The notes below the pieces were generated by a model. It searched no databases, was not told where the DNA came from, and worked only from the letters and a program-made list of their open reading frames with translations. Shown here piece by piece: positions 57,802 to 64,000 of a stretch of DNA of 64,000 nt. Each line of letters starts with the position of its first letter. The stretch's first letter is position 1. The stretch covers positions 4,766 through 68,765 of the forward strand of contig DAOWGI010000005.1 of the NCBI GenBank assembly GCA_030637655.1, read 5' to 3'. This stretch comes from a candidate division FCPU426 bacterium. Its GTDB lineage: Bacteria > Oederibacteriota > JAAXVQ01 > JAUVAV01. Position numbers and translations under genes: made by a program.

Positions 57802-59055
57802 TTACGCGGATATTTTTTCACTTTTTGCTTGGCCCTTGTTCAATTGTACTAATTGTTTCTGCCAATGTGAATAAGTACTTTTGAATTTTTCATAAACCAT
57901 GGTATGCTGGCCCACTTCCTGTCGAAATACAGAAAGCATATTCACCCCTTCAGAAATAAGCGCTTCCAATTTTACCAGCAATTTATCCATTAGCAGGCTG
58001 TCCTGATTGGATTCGTTGTTCATTGTAGTAAGCTTATTTACAATTTTTTCTATTCCCTTGACCTCACGCACAATATGCATAAAAGTATCACCAGCTGCAT
58101 AGACGACTTTGATGTTCTCTTCCAATTTATTGGTTGTGCGCATGGCTGAGATGGCATTATTGGTCCGGATTTCTATCTCTTGAATAAGATTTCCGATCTC
58201 TTCACTGGCATTTTTCGAGGATTCCGAGAGTGTACGGATTTCAGTGGCCACCACTGAGAAACCTCTGCCGGCATCACCGGCCCGGGCTGCTTCAATCCCG
58301 GCATTGAGTGCCAATAGTTCGGTTTTCCGGCTGATGTTACTGATCGTTGAGATAAATTGATTCACATGGCGCGACATTTCATTTAAGTCTTCAATGATTT
58401 TGGTTGAGGATCCCATGGTATTCTTCAGTTCACTTATAGCTCTAATTTCTTTGCCAACACTTTTGATTCCTTCGTGGGCCGTAGCGCTCGTCTCGAAAGC
58501 GTTTTTATATATCTCTTTGGTGGATGCTGTCATTCCCGAGGCTGAATTCACCAAGAAGTGATTGATTTTAATAATTTTCGTAATTTGTTTCAATGACTGA
58601 GCCATATTCTCATACAATTGGGTGGTTTTCGATTCTTTGGTGTTGAAGGCGTCCATTTTATCCATGCGAAGCGCGACGATATTGGCAATTTCTTTCTCCA
58701 GCCATTGATTAGAAGAAGCAACCTCATTTTTCAATCGAGTAATGGTTTCGTTTACCATATGTAATTCAATCTGCAATGATACTTGCATCTCGTCCCCATC
58801 AGGTCCCTTAAAGTTTTGTTGGGAAGCAGATCTTTTTATAAGATAAGCTATTTCACCAAGTGATTTATTATAAACAACATATAAATATATGTATACAAAA
58901 AGTGCTGCCATGGAGCCGGCCGGTATAATCGCCAACCAGATCTGCCGAAAAGTACCGGATACAATTGCTATAGTAAATCCTGTCATCACAGCAGAAAAAA
59001 ACACCACTGCAGCCGGTCCCCAAAGTTTATTACTCGTCATCGGTAGTGGTTTCAT
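57802..59055 (-). CDS. methyl-accepting chemotaxis protein
   Basis: Two N-terminal TM helices; highly conserved MCP signalling domain (ATEIRTLSESS...). Confidence 0.8.
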   Translation of the reverse strand: MKPLPMTSNKLWGPAAVVFFSAVMTGFTIAIVSGTFRQIWLAIIPAGSMAALFVYIYLYVVYNKSLGEIAYLIKRSASQQNFKGPDGDEMQVSLQIELHMVNETITRLKNEVASSNQWLEKEIANIVALRMDKMDAFNTKESKTTQLYENMAQSLKQITKIIKINHFLVNSASGMTASTKEIYKNAFETSATAHEGIKSVGKEIRAISELKNTMGSSTKIIEDLNEMSRHVNQFISTISNISRKTELLALNAGIEAARAGDAGRGFSVVATEIRTLSESSKNASEEIGNLIQEIEIRTNNAISAMRTTNKLEENIKVVYAAGDTFMHIVREVKGIEKIVNKLTTMNNESNQDSLLMDKLLVKLEALISEGVNMLSVFRQEVGQHTMVYEKFKSTYSHWQKQLVQLNKGQAKSEKISA

Positions 59056-59117
59056 TATGGATTTGAGTTTACCATATTCTGAATATGAAAACTGCTGGAA
59101 AATTATGCTCTATAAGG

Positions 59118-60344
59118 TTAATTTTTATTAAGCGATAGCTCTGCCAACCCCGGAAAGGGCGATAGTATTCTGGGTAACACACCCAATGATTTGGCGATCA
59201 CTAAACCATAATTGGAAATCGGCACTTGTGCCTCCTGGGCGCGTAGTATTCGGGTGAGCACTTCACGGCGATTGGTCATGCAAGCCCCGCAATGCACAAT
59301 AAAATTATAATCCTTCAGATCCTGTGGAAAATCGTGTCCCACACGATACTCAAAGTTGAGCTCTCCGCCTACATATTGAGTAAGCCAGCGCGGAATTTTA
59401 ACCCGTCCGATATCTTCACCAATCGGATGATGAGAGCAGGACTCAAGAATCAAAACGCGGTTTCCCGGCTCCAGAGTATCAATAGCATGAGTGCCTTTCA
59501 CAAAGGTTTCCAGATCACCTTTCCAACGAGCGAATAGCACTGAAAAACCTGTCAAGGGAATATCCGACGGCACACAGGCACTGACGTTAAGAATAGCCTG
59601 AGAATCAGTTACCACCAATTTAGGTGGCCGTTTGAGCTCGTTGAACAGCATATCCGCTAATTCCCGTTCCTTCACCACAATGGCTTTGGCATCACAATCA
59701 AGGACTTCTCGAATGGCTTGAACTTGCGGAAGAATTAAACGTCCTTGGGGTGCTTCCAAATCAAGGGGTACTGCCATAACCACCAGATCTCCAGGCCCTA
59801 CTAAATCCGAGAGAATATCAGGACTGTTAAACAAAGCAGGCGGCGCAACCCGCACAATGGCCTGTCGTAGTTGGTCTAAGCCCAGTGTTTTTACGGCAGA
59901 AACCTGCACAGTTTCATTGCTGTTAGCTTGACTTGCCTCCAGGGCTGATGACGCCGGAGTCTGTATATCCATTTTATTAAAAATAGTAACAAAAGGCAGT
60001 TTTTTTCTTTTAAAGGTTTGCGCTAAATCCTGTTCAAATTGACCCCAAAACCAGTCTGTAACCAAAAAAGCAAGATCAACTCTGTCCAACGCTGCCTTAG
60101 TTTTGGCAATACGCTTCTCTCCTAAATCACCAACATCATCCAACCCGGCAGTATCTAAAAAAAGAACCGGACCCAAAGGTTTCAGCTCAATTGGTTTTTG
60201 CACCACATCCGTTGTGGTGCCCGGTGTATCCGAAACAATGGCTGCTTCTTGCTGGGTCAAAGCATTCAAGAGCCTTGATTTGCCAACATTTCTTCTGCCA
60301 AATATTCCAATATGTATTCGCATTCCTTTTGGTGTGTCTTGCAT
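59118..60344 (-). CDS. hydF: [FeFe]-hydrogenase maturation GTPase HydF
   Basis: GxxNVGKS P-loop, DTAG; C-terminal CSHH...HCGAC cluster-binding motif. Confidence 0.8.
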   Translation of the reverse strand: MQDTPKGMRIHIGIFGRRNVGKSRLLNALTQQEAAIVSDTPGTTTDVVQKPIELKPLGPVLFLDTAGLDDVGDLGEKRIAKTKAALDRVDLAFLVTDWFWGQFEQDLAQTFKRKKLPFVTIFNKMDIQTPASSALEASQANSNETVQVSAVKTLGLDQLRQAIVRVAPPALFNSPDILSDLVGPGDLVVMAVPLDLEAPQGRLILPQVQAIREVLDCDAKAIVVKERELADMLFNELKRPPKLVVTDSQAILNVSACVPSDIPLTGFSVLFARWKGDLETFVKGTHAIDTLEPGNRVLILESCSHHPIGEDIGRVKIPRWLTQYVGGELNFEYRVGHDFPQDLKDYNFIVHCGACMTNRREVLTRILRAQEAQVPISNYGLVIAKSLGVLPRILSPFPGLAELSLNKN

Positions 60345-60461
60345 GCTGTTTCAATGCTCCTAAAAATCAGTATTTTTCAATATCATTTCTAATAATATGC
60401 TTTAAATATAAGGAAAAGAGAGCACGTGCCTGCAATTATAATATTTAGTAAATTCATTCTT

Positions 60462-60914
60462 TTAATACGTTTTGTGACCATAGTTATTTTTCCAAAGCCG
60501 GAATAATTCCAAACACTCTTTTTTCATGCATCCGGCAATTATTTGTATTTTAGATTTTCCATAATTTTTCATTTTTATATTTGAGATAGTCAATTCGCGA
60601 AAACCATGACGTTTTGCGTCGCTTATTTTAGCTCCATAAAATATTTTTTTAATCCCCGCCCAATGGATAGCACTAAAACACATTGGACATGGTTCACAGG
60701 TGGAATAAATAATTGCCCCTGAAAGATCAACAGTTTTTATTTTCCGACAGGCGCTGCGTATGGCTTGAATTTCAGCGTGTGCCGTAATATCAGTATTTTT
60801 CCAGACGTTATTGTGATTCAACGCGATTACTTTGCCTTTTAAAACCACACAAGCACCAAATGGCGTTTGTCCGAGCCTAATCCCCTTTTTAGCAATTTCA
60901 ATAGCTTTACGCAT
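60462..60914 (-). CDS. CMP/dCMP-type zinc deaminase (TadA/guanine deaminase-like)
   Basis: HAE...PCPMC zinc-binding motifs; start at ATG 60914 (ORF-track start 60971 also possible). Confidence 0.6.
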   Translation of the reverse strand: MRKAIEIAKKGIRLGQTPFGACVVLKGKVIALNHNNVWKNTDITAHAEIQAIRSACRKIKTVDLSGAIIYSTCEPCPMCFSAIHWAGIKKIFYGAKISDAKRHGFRELTISNIKMKNYGKSKIQIIAGCMKKECLELFRLWKNNYGHKTY

Positions 60915-61290
60915 GAAGTATGTCTGTAATGTTTCACTCCAGGTTTTTACACTTGGCGATTTTAATCTCATTGGTTTTCAACTTTTTTTTTTTAAAAATT
61001 CTAAAACATTCACTGCCTCCTGCAAAAATAGTTTATCACAGTCACCTTTTTTATTCCGGATTTTATTTTTGTAGCCGCAGGCCGAATTGCCTCACATTAA
61101 ATGTTACAAGGCTGAAATGCCTATAGCCTAATGATATTTGTTGACTCATGAAGGATGTTAATAAACGTTTCTTTTTTTGTCATCCCTATGAATGACAACA
61201 TAAAAAAACCGACCAATTGCTCAAGCTCCTGGCACGATAAGCTGCCACTTGACAAGCCTCTTGACCCGGCATTTCAGCAACCCCTTATTT

Positions 61291-61812
61291 ATATTGTTCA
61301 GCATAATTAGAAAAACCACCGGAATTATGGGCAATTTGATCTCACGCTCCACGCTATCAGACCCCATGTTTAAAATTCTGAGAACACAGCACAGTTTCAT
61401 GAGATTTACAGCTAACATATCTGTATTTGATATGCCTCAACCAGATTCTCAGCACAAGAAAGAGTTAATTCTGTCAATAATCATAGCTCCTCACAACCAG
61501 GAATATATATTCACGTTTTTTATTAAAGTTAGTTGAAATGTACACATTAATTCTGTTCTACTAATTAGAATAACAACAGTATATGTCCTTTACTGTTCCT
61601 GTAAACTCTCATGTAATAAGGCTATTTTTTACTCAGATTTTTTAAGTAATTAATAAATTGCGACTTTAATTTGTGTGTTCTGCATAGTGATTTAGACTTT
61701 ATCTTGAGCTCTAACATCTGATCCTTTACTTTCATTTTGTGATTAATTTCTCAGCCTTCATACTTATTCCCCTGAACATTTAAATAGTTTCTCCAAACAG
61801 AGTAACACAATA
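61291..61812. repeat. ~520-bp AT-rich repeat (family D) copy A
   Basis: ~88% identical to 63203..63737 with 1-nt and 18-nt indels; no conserved reading frame. Confidence 0.65.
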
Positions 61813-62630
61813 ATATATGCCAACAGCGCGGCCTGAATTGGACCCAACCCCCACCGGTTTACGGATCCACTCACCGAGGTATCCCGCGTTGCAACAATAT
61901 CTGATAGGCAATCCATCTATCCCCTTCGGAATAATAAACTGCCAGTGCGGCACCAGCCGGCTGTGATCGTCTATGGTTGCCAGCAGATACGTCTTCTTCC
62001 GCCTCCTGTTTTTCTCCACCTGCGCGGTCCATACATGGCTTCGGATTGCTACAAATCATTTGGATTCTCTGCCTCAAACCGCCTCTGATCCACTGCGGAC
62101 GGCAACGCTGGCTTCATCTTTTCGGCTCAATGCAAAAAACAGTACAGCGGGCTTTCCGCTAACTCCTCTTCTTTCGCGATTTCGCGCTTTTGCAGTTCCA
62201 GGCGTAACCGCGGTATGGAAGCGCGCGGCATCTCGGCTCTCATCAGCAAAATCCCTTCCCCCAATTCGCTCCCCAGTACCCGCTTTGCCCGCGGTCCTCA
62301 CGCACCTGCGGATACAACGACTTCAGCTTTCGCCCTCCGGCCAGATAACGGTGCTGCCAATGCTTGATTGTGCTTTTCGAAATCCGCGTTCGGTATGTCC
62401 CGGGTATTTTATACCTCTGCTCAGACTTCTCCCGCAAAAGCCGCTCCTGCCTCCCTTAGTCCGGCTCGTTCCCACTCACAAACTCCGAAATAACTCCGAA
62501 CCGGAACACTGCCACCTGCTTTTTCGCTTCTTCGTCCATCTTTTGCCTCCTGGTTTAGTTTTTTACTGCTCCCAGGGAGGCCATCACGTCTGATTATAAT
62601 GACACTCGTAGGTTGGCTGGTGGCTGGCAT
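61780..62630 (-). pseudogene. IS481/IS3-type DDE transposase (rve integrase core) remnant, frameshifted and C-terminally truncated
   Basis: LLATIDDHSRLV (D..HSR integrase core motif) in 61780..62019; upstream fragments in two other frames (62243..62437, 62421..62630); GC-rich vs flanking repeats. Confidence 0.5.
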
Positions 62631-62882
62631 TCATTTATCAACACCATCACAGTCTGGACTTTCCAAGGAGTCTTTTTCCCAGATTTTTTGAATCAATGCC
62701 AGCCACTGCCGGTTTGGCACTTTGGGCGGCATAAACCTATAAACTTCATTTCACCACCGCATTGGGGACAGATTAGCGGATTGCCAACAGCGGCATCGCT
62801 AAAGCATTCTCCATGCTTTTTTCAGGATGTCACAAATGAGTTATTTTATTCTGAAAAGTTCAGGAGGAAAATCAAAACATTT

Positions 62883-63115
62883 GTAACAGGTCAGTGAAGT
62901 GCTGTGTTTTGTCAAATAACCCGGAAACATAATCCGGATAAACCGGAACTAAAAAGGTATATTCACCGCAGAGGACGACACATGGATTGTTCTATGTAGA
63001 GACGCGATTAATCGCGTCTCTACAGTTTTTATCCCATCTTTCGGAGGCAAGTCGCGTCCCTGGGAAAAAATAAATTAGCAGACCATATGTCTTTCTCGCT
63101 TCACTGATATGTTAC
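62883..63115. mobile_element. MITE (family B) with TGTAACAGGTCAGTGAAG / CTTCACTGATATGTTACA termini, containing a REP
   Basis: 17-bp TIRs; internal 45 nt shared with 24861 and 31302 copies; REP at 62996..63023. Confidence 0.55.
62996..63023. repeat. REP-like palindrome gtagagacgcgattaatcgcgtctctac
   Basis: identical unit to thrS 3' REP. Confidence 0.7.
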
Positions 63116-63202
63116 AAATGTTTTGAAAAAGTAGGTGGGGTTAGTTCACTTTAATGTGAGAGTAAACACTTGAGTCAGAATTAAAAAAAATCATATTTAT
63201 CT

Positions 63203-63737
63203 TGTTTAGCATAATTGGAGGCCAGACCAGGATTATGGGCAATTTAATCGCATGTCCCACAGTATCAGGCCCCATGTTTAAAATTCTGAGATCACAGCAC
63301 AGTTTCATGAGATTCACAGCTAGGATTTTAACCTCAGCTAACACATCTGCATTTGATATGTCTCAACCAGATTCTCAGCACGAGAAAGAGTTAATCCTGT
63401 CAATAATCTTAGCTCATCAACAACCAGAAATATATATTCACGTTTTTTATTAAAGGTCAGTTGAACTGTATCCCTTAATTCTGTTCTACTAATTAGAATA
63501 ACAACAGCATATATCCTTTACTGTTATTGTAAACTCTCATGTAATAAGGTTATTTCTTATTCAGATTTTTCAAGTAATTAATAAAATGCGACCCTAATAT
63601 ATGTATTCTGCATAGTGAATTAGACTTTATCTTGAGCTCTCACATCTGATCCTTTTCTTTCATTTTGTAATTAATTTATAAACCTTCATACTTATTTCCC
63701 TAAACATTTAAATAGTTTCTCCAAACAGAGTAACAAC
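63203..63737. repeat. ~520-bp AT-rich repeat (family D) copy B
   Basis: direct repeat of 61291..61812. Confidence 0.65.
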
Positions 63738-63879
63738 AAGTAATATTCGATCTCTAATGATAATTAGAACTTGAATTACTTGAATATTGTACTCTATCTC
63801 TTATTATATCAATTGAATTTGTGCTTAGTTAAAATAGAACTTTAAATTGGATTATAACTATTTTTATCACAAATTTATG

Positions 63880-64000
63880 CAACTACTCAGGTATCCGGTA
63901 GTCAGAATTCAGAATAAAATCATAACAATATTCTACGTTTTGTTGATGTTATGCGTCTTTGCGCCTAAAACAAACTGATGACTTTTTGCCGCACAATTAA
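63880..64000. repeat. family C element, inverted partial copy (runs off window)
   Basis: reverse complement of 9355..9470. Confidence 0.6.

Noticed and set aside
1-64000. tRNA, rRNA, alternative genetic code or selenoprotein genes
   Set aside because: Scanning the intergenic regions found no cloverleaf-like GTTCGA/TTCGAATCC-containing sequences and no rRNA-like stretch. prfB frameshifting on UGA shows UGA is a stop. No in-frame TGA splits an otherwise conserved gene.

Overview
This 64-kb window is a bacterial chromosomal segment with standard genetic code; UGA is a stop codon, shown by the classic prfB +1 frameshift site. The organism is probably an uncultivated anaerobe of an FCB-like lineage. 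Support: two secreted proteins with type-A T9SS C-terminal sorting domains, the [FeFe]-hydrogenase maturase HydF, GTP-dependent PEP carboxykinase, GlnRS, and ferredoxin:thioredoxin-reductase-like plus glutaredoxin genes. Housekeeping genes (glnS, yebC, psd-like, pssA-like, thrS, argJ, pckG, sppA, prfB, an ECF sigma/anti-sigma pair, mscS, rnd, malQ, pheT, zapB/zapA, miaA, mutL, ridA, hydF) sit among an unusually dense set of small repeats. (1) REP-like GC-rich palindromes with GTAG...CTAC ends, at least 12 copies; two are inserted in-frame in the mutL linker and one tandem copy supplies the last codons and stop of thrS. (2) A MITE family with ~17-bp TGTAACAKGTCAGTGAA termini, carried as a nested 150-bp GTCATTCCCGAA...TTCGGGGATGAC unit (5 copies between 22.5 and 34.2 kb) or with a different interior. 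(3) A ~190-bp element in inverted copies at 9.3 kb and at the window end. (4) A ~160-bp element in two copies, one carrying a 140-nt GC-rich structured insertion. (5) Two ~520-bp AT-rich direct repeats that flank a frameshifted IS481/IS3-type DDE transposase remnant. A decayed defense island (52.5-55.6 kb) holds an HsdM N-terminal fragment, a GC-rich AbiEi/AbiEii pair and an AT-rich 303-aa protein with an R-x4-H (HEPN-like) motif and a zinc ribbon. Four stand-alone PilZ-domain genes, one directly downstream of a ribbon-helix-helix gene, lie within 9 kb. No tRNA, rRNA or CRISPR array was found.
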